Of a stretch of DNA of 64,000 nucleotides, positions 28,386-38,160 are shown in pieces; position 1 is the stretch's first letter; each line of letters starts with the position of its first letter. The translations under genes were made by a program, and so were the position numbers. The stretch spans positions 8,661 through 72,660 of the forward strand of contig JBEKEX010000002.1 of assembly GCA_050013615.1 (NCBI GenBank). Reading direction: 5' to 3'. Under the pieces are notes generated by a model. That model made no database searches. It was not told the origin of the DNA and saw only the letters and a program-made list of their open reading frames with translations. Source of the stretch: Anaerolineaceae bacterium. GTDB lineage: Bacteria; Chloroflexota; Anaerolineae; Anaerolineales; Anaerolineaceae.

Positions 28386-29351
28386 TTACTTGCCAAGTTG
28401 TTTTTCATCATCCAAAGCCAGCAATGCCCGAGCAGCGCCAGAATCAGTCACCAGAACATTAATGAACCGACCTCGGATGGCCCCCAACATCGCTTCGGCT
28501 TTTTGGGCGCTAGCCACAACACCTACGACAATTGGAATTTCACGCAAACAACGAATATCAACACTGATCGTGCAACGGTTAAAATGCACATCCAACACAT
28601 TTCCATTAATGTCAAAATATTTGCCACAGATCTCGCCAACTGCCCCTTGCTGCTGTATTTCGTGAAGTTCTTCTAGAGAAATTAATTCATTTCGCAAAAT
28701 TGTAGAAAATGTCGGATTCATAGAACCAATGCCCACTAAAGCCACATCCGCTTTTTCAGCCACCTCAATAGATTCACGGATTGCCGGCTCCTGGAGGAGC
28801 ACTGCACAAATTCCCGGATCTTTTAATTTCCAAGGAGAAGGAATGATTTTAAATTCACCACCGAAGGAAGATGCTAGTGTCTGCACCAGATCAGTACCTT
28901 CGCGCAATTCATTATCCGTTGCTCCTTGCAAACGCGCCACCCGCACATGGATCGGGTTGGTAGCACGCATGGCATGCACGGTGGACGCCACAGCCATACC
29001 TAGTGAAATACTGAGTGTTTGGCCATCTTTCAAATAGGATTCGAGCGTCCGCGCGGCTAACTGAGCAACATCTCTGACAAGTCCCTGATAAGAATCCTCA
29101 GAAGCTGACAGTACTCGCGCTTGCTTGAGTCCAAATTTTTCCTCAAGCTCTTTTTCAAGCGTTGGGATGGTAGATACTGGATTGCGAATAACGATTTCAA
29201 TCAGACCAGTTTCGCGTGCTTCTTTCAATAAGCGTGAAACAGTAGAATGGGAAATATTTAGCATCTTCCCAATTTCAATCTGATTGCGGCGTTCGTTATA
29301 GTACAGAAGCGCAACACGCGCCATCAATTCAATCTTTTTAATATCAGACAT
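28386..29351 (-). CDS. SorC/DeoR(Bsu)/CggR-family sugar-phosphate-binding transcriptional regulator
   Basis: It has the N-terminal HTH ARVALLYYNERRNQIEIGKMLNISHSTVSRLLKEARETGLIEIVI and a ~250-aa sugar-binding domain. Confidence 0.8.
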   Translation of the reverse strand: MSDIKKIELMARVALLYYNERRNQIEIGKMLNISHSTVSRLLKEARETGLIEIVIRNPVSTIPTLEKELEEKFGLKQARVLSASEDSYQGLVRDVAQLAARTLESYLKDGQTLSISLGMAVASTVHAMRATNPIHVRVARLQGATDNELREGTDLVQTLASSFGGEFKIIPSPWKLKDPGICAVLLQEPAIRESIEVAEKADVALVGIGSMNPTFSTILRNELISLEELHEIQQQGAVGEICGKYFDINGNVLDVHFNRCTISVDIRCLREIPIVVGVVASAQKAEAMLGAIRGRFINVLVTDSGAARALLALDDEKQLGK

Positions 29352-29537
29352 AAAGAATTCTTCTAAACATAAACCTTCAAGAGATTCCTCTTGAAGAAGA
29401 GGTGTGGAAGTATTTAATTTTAAAATTCTACTAAACCTATACAGAATTCGATTAAGTTAATTAATCGAATTCTATAACACAATTAACGAGCCTAGATGAA
29501 TTTGGCGTAAGACAAAATATTACCAGGGTTAAATATA

Positions 29538-29855
29538 CTATTTACTTGCCTCGTTTGCTAATATTTTTTGCGCAGTTTCAATAATTTGTTTGTTTATTTC
29601 TTCTTCACCAAAACCAGTCAGTAGTCCAACACCCTTAATCAAGGGCACATTGATCGGACCAGGAACAGGGCTGGTAGCAATAACGAAGTCAACACCGCCG
29701 CGATCAACATATTCTTTCACTGATTGTGGCAGTAGACCGGTTACATCTGCTTTAATTCCATATGGCTCAAGCATTTCTTTTACTTTCTGCCCTATCATTG
29801 AGCAACTTACAACACCAGAACCACAAACAGCCAAAATATGAAGTTTTCTACTCAT
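29538..29855 (-). CDS. PTS EIIB component, galactitol/ascorbate-type
   Basis: It is 105 aa with the N-terminal active-site Cys context HILAVCGSGVVS. Confidence 0.7.
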   Translation of the reverse strand: MSRKLHILAVCGSGVVSCSMIGQKVKEMLEPYGIKADVTGLLPQSVKEYVDRGGVDFVIATSPVPGPINVPLIKGVGLLTGFGEEEINKQIIETAQKILANEASK

Positions 29856-29956
29856 CTGCGTTTTCCTCCAACAGCTTATCGAATTTATTCAATAAACACT
29901 TATTCAAATTATATCAGTAATTTTGCTCATTAGTTGCAAATTATCCCAATAAGTAA

Positions 29957-30415
29957 CTAGTTTAAGACTGATTTCATGAAAGTAGCCAGCGCTTCTGCTG
30001 AGGGTGCATCTTTTATTGTTTTTAACGCGGTTTCATCTTTAAAAATTAAGGCCATTTTTTTCAACCAGGGCACCTGTTCTTTCGGATCATTTAAAGCAAG
30101 CAAAAAAACGATCTCGGCATTTACAAGACCTTCTGGGTTTCCCATTTCATGAAATTCCACAGGATGCATAAGTGATGCTGCACACATGGAACTTCGCTTC
30201 ACATATTGCGCCTCAGTATGGCACAACGCCAGTGGAATACTCGCCAGTAACCCAGTTGGGAAGGATTCTTCACGTTCTAATAAATGCTTTTGAAAGTCTT
30301 CTGTAACTAAATCGAGTGCACGCAACTTTTCGCTCAAAGCACCCAACACTTCTTCTTTTGTTTTACAGTTAAGCTTCACTACCATTAATCGTTTATCGAT
30401 CAGAATATTTGCCAT
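29957..30415 (-). CDS. PTS EIIA component (PTS_EIIA_2, mannitol/fructose/galactitol type)
   Basis: It is 152 aa and contains the His-containing segment IPLALCHTEA. It lies between IIB and IIC. Confidence 0.65.
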   Translation of the reverse strand: MANILIDKRLMVVKLNCKTKEEVLGALSEKLRALDLVTEDFQKHLLEREESFPTGLLASIPLALCHTEAQYVKRSSMCAASLMHPVEFHEMGNPEGLVNAEIVFLLALNDPKEQVPWLKKMALIFKDETALKTIKDAPSAEALATFMKSVLN

Positions 30416-30585
30416 TACAATGCTCCAAATGAGAATAAGCGATATTTAATAGGGCATTTCTGGCTATCTCAAATATTTTTGCCCATCAATAGTTTTCTTT
30501 GTATTTCCCACTTACCAAATATTCTTTGGGGGTATCCATCAGCCACATGGTTGGGACACCCCCAAAGAAAAGTGTTACTTAAGCT

Positions 30586-32001
30586 TTACGCTTCGGTTTC
30601 TACGTCCAGAGCGGCCTGTTCTTCCATGAAATTCTGGATTTTTACCTTATTCTTTTTGAAAAGAATGTAAATCGGCACATACACGACGAGCAAAACAGCA
30701 ATTGCTGTCCAGCCCCAATTCAGAACCGGCATGAAAATTAAGCCACCGACAATTGGCTTATTTAAGATCATGCCTGCTGTTACTAGAGCTCCTGGTGCTA
30801 ACTTCGTTGTAGCGAATTGTGAATAAACTTGGGTGAAAAGGGGAGCTGTCCAGGTGCAGATATAAAGACCGATTGAGAACTCAATCGTCGCGAGGACAAC
30901 GGTCTTAAAGATATTGCCATTAGTGGCAGCAACAAATGGTTGAATAATGAACGGGATGGCGATTAAGTCAACCAATAGCAAAGTTTGGTTGCCGGGCAAA
31001 ATGGCGCACATCAAAAGCATAACCGGAATCAGGATGATACCAGAGATTAACGTCGCAGGTTCACCATAACCAGTGGCATCATTGACACCGATGTAAAACT
31101 CATCGCCGACTTTAACATTCGTCGTTCGCTTGCGGGCTGCTTCGGTAATAGGCATAAATGCTGATGCAAAGATGTTAGCAACACGCGGGAAAATGGCCAT
31201 CACAGCAGAGGTCGAAACGCCGATAATCAGGATGTTGGCCCAGGAGGCCATTAGATTCAGATTATTCAGATGGCCAAGAAAACCGATCAAAACACCCAGG
31301 ATCAAGCCTAACACAATCGGCTCGCCAAAGATACCCAATCGTTTTTGCAGGGCATCTGGACGTACACGGATCTTATAAGCGCCCAATTTATTAAGCAGCC
31401 AATTGCCAACAACTGCAAGAGGAGTTCCGGGACAAATGTGCAAAGCGGGGATACTGGCGTTAGGATAACCGTAATAGGTTGACCAACGTTTTTGGTTCAT
31501 CTCAATGAAAATTACGTTGTAGAGCACCATGATCAGCATCAGTGCTAAAGACAGCCAGATATCCTTGGTGACAACGTAAATCAATGACCCCCATGCCATG
31601 TAGGAATAGTTATTCCACAAGTCACCGGGTATGAACAAATTAGTGAATTTAACGAGGAAAAGAATGATCTGGAACAGAAGCCCAACGCCCAAGAATATCA
31701 TACCGGCTTGTGTTGCGTAGGCGATCACTGAAGTTGCCTGCCAGCCAATATCAACCACTGGCAAATTAAGACCGGTGGTTTTTACCAAGTTCTGGACAGC
31801 AGGGACAATGATCGGAATGTATTGACTGGTTAACCAGCCAAAGCCGGTTAAACCGATACCGGCATATAGAGCTGAGAACATTGCCTTTTTTGCAGTAACG
31901 CCCAGAATCAAGCAAATGGCAAAAATAATCAGGGGCACAAAAATAGTTGATCCAAATGTGTTGAAAACGTCACTTAGCCATTGCAGGAAAGATAACCACA
32001 T
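30586..32001 (-). CDS. PTS EIIC permease, galactitol-type (GatC-like)
   Basis: It is a 471-aa polytopic membrane protein preceded by the RBS gaaggagga. It lies in the same operon as IIA and IIB. Confidence 0.7.
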   Translation of the reverse strand: MWLSFLQWLSDVFNTFGSTIFVPLIIFAICLILGVTAKKAMFSALYAGIGLTGFGWLTSQYIPIIVPAVQNLVKTTGLNLPVVDIGWQATSVIAYATQAGMIFLGVGLLFQIILFLVKFTNLFIPGDLWNNYSYMAWGSLIYVVTKDIWLSLALMLIMVLYNVIFIEMNQKRWSTYYGYPNASIPALHICPGTPLAVVGNWLLNKLGAYKIRVRPDALQKRLGIFGEPIVLGLILGVLIGFLGHLNNLNLMASWANILIIGVSTSAVMAIFPRVANIFASAFMPITEAARKRTTNVKVGDEFYIGVNDATGYGEPATLISGIILIPVMLLMCAILPGNQTLLLVDLIAIPFIIQPFVAATNGNIFKTVVLATIEFSIGLYICTWTAPLFTQVYSQFATTKLAPGALVTAGMILNKPIVGGLIFMPVLNWGWTAIAVLLVVYVPIYILFKKNKVKIQNFMEEQAALDVETEA

Positions 32002-32287
32002 AGCAAAATCCTCCTTCTAAATTTGGGCTTACAGAAAGTTGGTACTTGCAATTTTTTGATTAGTTTACATGGGTTTAATCACAATTCTGGGATTTCGCCT
32101 CCTTTCGTAGAAAATCACTGTTTGCTTTGATTTCATTACTATCACTGGTATCAACTTCATAATTATTAATATTTTCTACCTGTAAGGATAATTTCATTGA
32201 TCGGGAAGATCGGCAAATAATTATTGATTGCACAATTTCTTTATATGCGCAATATTGTTCATACTGTAGCTCGAAAAAAAATGTTTG

Positions 32288-32767
32288 TCAATACTTTTTG
32301 TGGTTATTTGTGAATAAGTTGCAAAGTTGTTCAAATAAGCCAAATTTTGGGCTTCTTAATTCAGTCTCAACTACGTCGGATTCAATATGATCGGGCTCAA
32401 TTTCAACCCCCACAAGCACGATTTTATTGTTGGCGAGAAAAAGGCCAACGACCTCAGGCAAGAATCTGATACGATTTTTTACATAATTCGGGCTGGCGGG
32501 CATCGGCCATAGTTCAGTCTTATGAGGAATAAATAAAGCCGTTGACTTAAGCATTTGGCACCACTTTGGATAGATAAATTTGTAAAAACCTTCGATCGTC
32601 AAGGACGGGTCTTTTTTGAGTTCCACCTTGGCTTCTGAGAGCACCAACTCGACGGTACGCTCTTTGACCTTTTTTAACTGGTACCGGCCTGCTGCCAGAA
32701 CAATCAACCAGATGGCAGCTAGAACTACAAATAATGTTGTTGAAATATCAGTTGTTTGAACAGTCAT
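32288..32767 (-). CDS. Hypothetical single-pass membrane protein
   Basis: It is a 159-aa ORF with an N-terminal TM helix (LFVVLAAIWLIVLAA). I recognise no family. Confidence 0.4.
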   Translation of the reverse strand: MTVQTTDISTTLFVVLAAIWLIVLAAGRYQLKKVKERTVELVLSEAKVELKKDPSLTIEGFYKFIYPKWCQMLKSTALFIPHKTELWPMPASPNYVKNRIRFLPEVVGLFLANNKIVLVGVEIEPDHIESDVVETELRSPKFGLFEQLCNLFTNNHKKY

Positions 32768-32925
32768 CTAATCACCTCTTTCACTGTATATCCAGATTCT
32801 GTCAGCTGAAAATTCTTGGCTCTTTTTGTTTCAAAAGCAGGTGCTTGAACAGAGCTTTTGAATGACTTTGTTCAGCTATAAGATAATCCAAAAAATTTCA
32901 AGGTCGTCTCTGTAAGTTTTTGATT

Positions 32926-33027
32926 TGCACATAAGCAGATCAAATTCTACTAGCCATTTGCTTCAAATGAGTAATTGACACTAAAAGTTTTTATTGCTAT
33001 AATGTTTATGCACATTATTGCACATAA
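32926..33027 (+). promoter_or_regulatory. Three TGCACAT(A/T)A boxes flanking the promoter. They are candidate repressor operators.
   Basis: tgcacataa occurs at 32926-32934, tgcacatta at 33009-33017 and tgcacataa at 33019-33027. Confidence 0.4.
32975..33003 (+). promoter_or_regulatory. Consensus sigma70 promoter for the plus-strand sugar operon
   Basis: TTGACA (32975-32980), a 17-nt spacer and TATAAT (32998-33003). Confidence 0.65.
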
Positions 33028-33150
33028 TAAGCATTTGTTCAAGGCTTAATAATACAGGTTTTCAGCAATATTTAGGCTTTAAGAAAAAGGTCTTTTTGAC
33101 CTTATGCTAAGTTCTATATTTGTAAAATACTGAGAATACAGGAGGAAACA

Positions 33151-33360
33151 ATGTCCATTGAAGGTTACATTGATTACCAACGTCGGGAATTTTGCAATGA
33201 TATCCACTGCCCGGTGCAAATTTTATTAAACAAGGATCAGCCCAATACCGAAAGCTATAATTCATTGAAGTCGATTTGCCAGACAGGTTGTTTGCATAGT
33301 TGTCACGAGTTTCACCTATGGCTGATCAGCAAAGGTTATTTGGTCATTCGTCCAGCCTAG
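33151..33360 (+). CDS. Small Cys-rich hypothetical protein (69 aa)
   Basis: The strong RBS acaggagga precedes the ATG. It has five Cys, including CNDIHC and CQTGCLHSC. It is the first ORF of the operon. Confidence 0.45.
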   Translation: MSIEGYIDYQRREFCNDIHCPVQILLNKDQPNTESYNSLKSICQTGCLHSCHEFHLWLISKGYLVIRPA

Positions 33361-33398
33361 AAAAATTGTCACATTTTTAATAATTAAGGAGGCATGAC

Positions 33399-34196
33399 AT
33401 GGATTGGGGTTTTAATAACCGTTTATCGAAACTGATTCTAGAAGATGGCCATTGCTTTTATCTTGCAATGGACCATGGTTACTTTCAGGGCCCGACACAT
33501 GGACTAGAACAGGTAGAGCGAGCATTTGAGCCTCTACAAGAATTTGTGGATGCGGTATTTGTTCCACGCGGCTCATTACGCCACTCAATTAAGCCTAACA
33601 CTAAAACACCTATTATTCTGCGAGTATCGGGTGGAAATAGCATTATCAGCAAAGACTTGTCAAACGAAGAGGTTTCAGTTGGAATTGACGAAATCCTGCG
33701 CCTTAACGTATCTGCAGTGGGTTATTCGGTCTATATCGGGAGCGAATACGAGCACCAAACTTTAATGGGCCTCAACAAGCTAGTGGATGCGTGTGCGCCT
33801 TATGGCATTCCAGTCATGGCTGTGACAGCAGTTGGCCGCGAAATGGATCAGAAAAAAGAGGCGCGTTTCTTGTCTATGGCCTGTCGGGTTTGCGCTGAAG
33901 CAGGTGCGGATGTAGTTAAAACCTATTTCTGCAACGATTTCGAAAAAGTGGTCAATGGTTGTCCGGTGCCAGTGGTCATCGCAGGTGGTCCAAAGACTGA
34001 TTCAGAACTTGAAGTGCTAAAATTTGTTTATGACGGCATGCAGAAAGGTGCCATTGGTGTAAATTTAGGACGCAATATCTGGCAAAATGTCTGCCCACGA
34101 GGCATGGCCAGAGCGCTCAAAGCCGTTATCCATGAAAAAGCAACTCCAAAAGAAGCCTTTGAGTTGTTCGAGCATATGAAAAACGCTATCAGCTAA
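33399..34196 (+). CDS. Class I aldolase, DhnA/FbaB/LsrF family
   Basis: It contains the LAMDHGYFQGP motif and is 265 aa. The RBS is aaggagg. Confidence 0.7.
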   Translation: MDWGFNNRLSKLILEDGHCFYLAMDHGYFQGPTHGLEQVERAFEPLQEFVDAVFVPRGSLRHSIKPNTKTPIILRVSGGNSIISKDLSNEEVSVGIDEILRLNVSAVGYSVYIGSEYEHQTLMGLNKLVDACAPYGIPVMAVTAVGREMDQKKEARFLSMACRVCAEAGADVVKTYFCNDFEKVVNGCPVPVVIAGGPKTDSELEVLKFVYDGMQKGAIGVNLGRNIWQNVCPRGMARALKAVIHEKATPKEAFELFEHMKNAIS

Positions 34197-34266
34197 GTTC
34201 TTTATTGTGATGGGGGGGAGCCGACGGCTCCCCTCCTAGTGTACATGTTCAGGAAAGGGATACAAT

Positions 34267-35517
34267 ATGAAAAATCAAGAAAATATTTCGACACAATACA
34301 GTCGGCTAGTCATCGCAGAATTACGCAAAGCCATTTCAGCGGCTGCTGGTAGGCCCATGATCCTTGCCTGCCACAATGACCCTGACAGTCTCAAAATTGC
34401 GCATGATCATTCAATTGCACAACTTTTTGAATGCTCCGCTTTAACAAAAAATACGTTCAATCGCTTCGGTATCCTGCCCTTGACAGGCAGAAATGTCACT
34501 TCGTATTCTGCAAAATTACAAAATATATTTTCCAATGTAGATGTTACAGATCTCGCTCCGCGCCTTATCTTAGATAAAGACTTGGGCATCTGCACATCAG
34601 GTCGCACAGCTGCCGAGGCGCAGTTGGTTTTTGAAACAAGTGTAAACGTTTTAGCAACTGCTAAATCTGCGATTAAACAAACTAAATCTGCACAACAAAT
34701 TACTTTGGAAGACGAAATTAAAAACCGGCAGTTAAAATTGGCTGCAAAAGGAAACAACCTTTTCGCAGGAGAAGTAGCACTGATTACTGGTGCAGCCTCA
34801 GGGATCGGAAAAGCCTGTGTGGAATCTCTTTTAGAACGCGGCGCCGCCGTTGTAGGACTGGATATCAATCCGGCGATCACTAATTTAAATAAAAATCCTG
34901 CATTTCTGGGTATCATCTGTGATTTATCGAATGAAGCAGAGATCATCAATGCATTGGAAACAACGGTTCAGACTTTTGGCGGTCTGGATATGCTTGTATT
35001 GAATGCCGGCATCTTCCCGGCGAGTTGCAAGATTGAAGCATTACAATTAGCCGAATGGCACAAATCGTTCAACATAAATGTTGATGCCAATCTAATCCTG
35101 CTTCGAGAGTCATACCCGTTATTCAAACTAGCTGCCCGGCATGGACGTGTGGCCGTGAACTCTTCGCGTAACGTTCCGGCGCCCGGCCCCGCCGCGGCAT
35201 CTTACTCAGCCTCAAAAGCAGCCTTGACACAACTGGCAAGAGTAGCTGCGCTTGAATGGGGCAAGGATCATATTAATGTCAATATTGTCAATCCACATGC
35301 CGTATTCGATACAGGACTTTGGACTGACGAGGTACTCAAAAACCGAGCTGCCAATTACAACATGACCATCGCACAATATAAAACGAATAATGTTCTGCAC
35401 GTCGAGCTTACCAGCCGGGATGTTGCAGAAATGCTCACTGAAATGTGCGGGCCGCTTTTTGAAAAAACCACCGGCGCACAGGTGCCAATGGATGGTGGCA
35501 GTGATCGTGTGATCTGA
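34267..35517 (+). CDS. Short-chain dehydrogenase/reductase with a ~165-aa N-terminal extension
   Basis: It has the SDR motifs ALITGAASGIGKA (TGxxxGxG), NAG and YSASKAA (YxxxK). The N-terminal 165 aa are of unrecognised family. Confidence 0.7.
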   Translation: MKNQENISTQYSRLVIAELRKAISAAAGRPMILACHNDPDSLKIAHDHSIAQLFECSALTKNTFNRFGILPLTGRNVTSYSAKLQNIFSNVDVTDLAPRLILDKDLGICTSGRTAAEAQLVFETSVNVLATAKSAIKQTKSAQQITLEDEIKNRQLKLAAKGNNLFAGEVALITGAASGIGKACVESLLERGAAVVGLDINPAITNLNKNPAFLGIICDLSNEAEIINALETTVQTFGGLDMLVLNAGIFPASCKIEALQLAEWHKSFNINVDANLILLRESYPLFKLAARHGRVAVNSSRNVPAPGPAAASYSASKAALTQLARVAALEWGKDHINVNIVNPHAVFDTGLWTDEVLKNRAANYNMTIAQYKTNNVLHVELTSRDVAEMLTEMCGPLFEKTTGAQVPMDGGSDRVI

Positions 35518-35581
35518 GCTTTTTGCGTCATCAAACAGCGTGTGACAATTAATGAATAAATCGGAAAGGCAAATAATCTAA

Positions 35582-36406
35582 ATGCTTATTCAACCACCTT
35601 ATCCAAAATTGGAAGAATATTTTACAGAAATTGGTGAAGTTGGCGCCCGGCTTTCTGAGCTAAATTGCTGTGAAGGCTCTTCTGGGAATATATCGGTGTG
35701 TTTTAATTGGCCCTGCGAACCCGATAAATTGTTAAGTGAACAAATCCAGGTCAAATTGCCAGTATTTATACCCAAACTGGCTGGATTCACCTTAATTGTT
35801 ACCGGTTCGGGCTGCCGCCTTCCTGAAATCTACCGCAATCCAGCTCGATATCTATGCATTGTACAGATCCATGCCGATGGTAAAACCGGTTCACTTTTCC
35901 GTTCACCTCAACGCTGTTTCGAGAAACCGACCAGTGAGTTTAACTCTCATCTAGCCAGCCATTGCCAGCAAATCGTTGCCACCGGGGCTAATTTTCATGC
36001 CCTGGTCCATACCCACCCGCCGTATCTAACTTTTCTCTCAAACATTCCCACCTATCAAAACGCGCACATGCTTACTCGCCGTGTGCTGTGCTGGCAGCCA
36101 GAGATGATCACACATATCCCGGAAGGATTGGGGTGGGTACCATTCTGTGTCCCGGGCAGTGATGACTTAATGAATGCCTCGCTTAACGCGCTGAAAACCA
36201 ATCGGGTGATTGTTTGGGCGAAACATGGTATTGTTGCCAGGTCAGAGATTGGTCTGAAGAATGCGCTGGACCTAATTGAATTTACTGAAGCCGGGGCGCG
36301 GTATGAATTTTTCAATCTAGCCTCTGGTGGGCAAGGTGAGGGGTTGCTGCCAAACGAAATCGGCGCTATCTGCGATTTCTATCATTTTGAACAAAATATC
36401 ATCTAA
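35582..36406 (+). CDS. Class II aldolase/adducin-domain protein (RhaD-like)
   Basis: It contains EGSSGNISVCF and LVHTHPPYLTF (metal-binding His region). At 274 aa it matches the length of rhamnulose-1-phosphate aldolases. Confidence 0.65.
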   Translation: MLIQPPYPKLEEYFTEIGEVGARLSELNCCEGSSGNISVCFNWPCEPDKLLSEQIQVKLPVFIPKLAGFTLIVTGSGCRLPEIYRNPARYLCIVQIHADGKTGSLFRSPQRCFEKPTSEFNSHLASHCQQIVATGANFHALVHTHPPYLTFLSNIPTYQNAHMLTRRVLCWQPEMITHIPEGLGWVPFCVPGSDDLMNASLNALKTNRVIVWAKHGIVARSEIGLKNALDLIEFTEAGARYEFFNLASGGQGEGLLPNEIGAICDFYHFEQNII

Positions 36407-36450
36407 CCCACTCAATGCAGATAATCCTCCAAGAGATCTGCTAGGAAAAA

Positions 36451-36483
36451 GCAAGTCCCAGAGGTATGCTTTCTGGGACTTGC
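36451..36483. terminator. Strong hairpin downstream of the aldolase gene
   Basis: It has a perfect 12-bp stem (gcaagtcccaga / tctgggacttgc). An A-run lies upstream and there is no T-run downstream, so its function as a plus-strand terminator is uncertain. Confidence 0.4.
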
Positions 36484-36859
36484 CGCATATAAATGATCAA
36501 TTGAAATATTCAGGGTAACCCATCATCCGAAAAGACAGATTGGGGCGTTCATATTGGCTTTGGAAATAAGAAGTTGTCCACATGTTATCAAAGAATAGTG
36601 TAACTAAGAATATCCCGCGCAATTCACCGATGCAGACTTTAACAAGTTTTACAGCACAAATTTTAGCCTTGGTGGATGATGGTCATTTCGTCATAGCCGA
36701 TTCTTTAATGACGGTTTTGCCATTCTTTCCTAGCATCTTATATATAACTTTGTGATTCTTGGTGATAAAAACCGGATAAACTGCAAGGGATTATTTAATG
36801 AATTATAATTTTTAAATAATAAAACTATGACTTATTCGTTGGCTAATAAATAACTTTCT

Positions 36860-38101
36860 ATGGATAACCGAATCAAAATTACCATTTTGGGCGGAAGTGC
36901 TCTGGCGACCCCAAAGTTATTCGAGGCATTCGGCAAAAACGATGCGCGCTCTGCTTACGATGTCGTACTCCTGGGACACGACCGTGAAAAGCTGGCTGCC
37001 GTCCAGCAATTGTCCCAGGCTATCATTTCAAGCTTCAAGAATCTCGACGTCCAAGTCCACACCAGCACCAATGAGCAAGAGGCACTCACCAATGCCAACC
37101 TTATTTTAAATCAGATCCGGGTGGGCGGGTTGCAAAGCCGGGTGTTCGATGAAACTTTTCCACTGCAATTCAACATCCCTGGCGAGGAATCGGTCGGACC
37201 CGGCGGATTCAATAGCGCCATACGCAACGTGCCGGTCGTTCTGGAATATTGCCGTAAGATCGAAAAGCTTGCCCCTCAAACAACCTTCATTAACTTAACC
37301 AATCCCAGCAGCATCGTCCAATACGCCATCCAACACTACACTTCTTTGAAGGTCGTGGGCATTTGCGACATGCCGGTCACCTTGACGATGGGCGTAGCCC
37401 AGGCGCTGGAGCTCCCCATCGCCGAACTGGAGTTCGATTGGATGGGCATGAACCATTTCGGTTGGCTTACCGGCTTGCGTTACCATGGCGAAAATTACAT
37501 GCCACAGGCATTAGCCAACCTGGAAAAGATCCCTAATTTGGGGACTGACCCCGAGATTGTCCGCGCCCTGGGTGTCATTCCTGCCAATTACCTAAAGTTT
37601 TACTTTCATCCAGACCGGTTCATCGCAAAAGCAAAAGGCCATCCGGTCAGGGGAGAAGAACTGATCCAAATCAATGACGACATGCTCAAGAAGATGAAAG
37701 CTTGGAAAGCCGGCGATTCCATCGCCTTCCTTGAAGAGCGCGGGGCAGTGTGGTACGAAAAGATCATCGCCCCCACTCTACTGGCTTTGGGCGAAAAACG
37801 GACGGGAGAATTGATATTAAGCATCACCAATGGCCAAGCCATCCGCTGGCTGCCGGAGGACGCCATCATCGAGGTGTCCGTTCCCCTTAAAAATGGTGTG
37901 CTCCAAAACCCGCGGATAACCGAAGTCCCACTAGACGTCCAGTCGATGATCCTCCGCAACAGTGCATTCGAGATGCTAACGGCGCAAGCTGTGGTCGAAA
38001 AAGACAAAAACAAAGCCAGCCGTGCTCTGCTGGCCAACCTACTGGTAGATGATTACGCCCAGGTGAAGGGCATCCTGGATAAAATTTGGGAGAAACATTA
38101 A
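36860..38101 (+). CDS. Glycoside hydrolase family 4 (NAD+/Mn2+-dependent 6-phospho-glycosidase)
   Basis: It has KITILGGSALATP (Rossmann), INLTNPSSIV and GICDMPV motifs. Confidence 0.8.
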   Translation: MDNRIKITILGGSALATPKLFEAFGKNDARSAYDVVLLGHDREKLAAVQQLSQAIISSFKNLDVQVHTSTNEQEALTNANLILNQIRVGGLQSRVFDETFPLQFNIPGEESVGPGGFNSAIRNVPVVLEYCRKIEKLAPQTTFINLTNPSSIVQYAIQHYTSLKVVGICDMPVTLTMGVAQALELPIAELEFDWMGMNHFGWLTGLRYHGENYMPQALANLEKIPNLGTDPEIVRALGVIPANYLKFYFHPDRFIAKAKGHPVRGEELIQINDDMLKKMKAWKAGDSIAFLEERGAVWYEKIIAPTLLALGEKRTGELILSITNGQAIRWLPEDAIIEVSVPLKNGVLQNPRITEVPLDVQSMILRNSAFEMLTAQAVVEKDKNKASRALLANLLVDDYAQVKGILDKIWEKH

Positions 38102-38160
38102 AGTCTCCGGTTCTCTCAATCAGTCATTCGCTTGGAATTTTTCAATTCAGACTAAAACTT

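Noticed and set aside
36541-36859. The 320-bp non-coding gap upstream of the GH4 gene, as a possible riboswitch, RAT antiterminator or small RNA
   Set aside because: I could not identify conserved riboswitch cores, RAT-like stem-loops or a convincing terminator or antiterminator pair by eye. The only shared string with another spacer (aactgcaagg, also near 27825) is too short to be meaningful.
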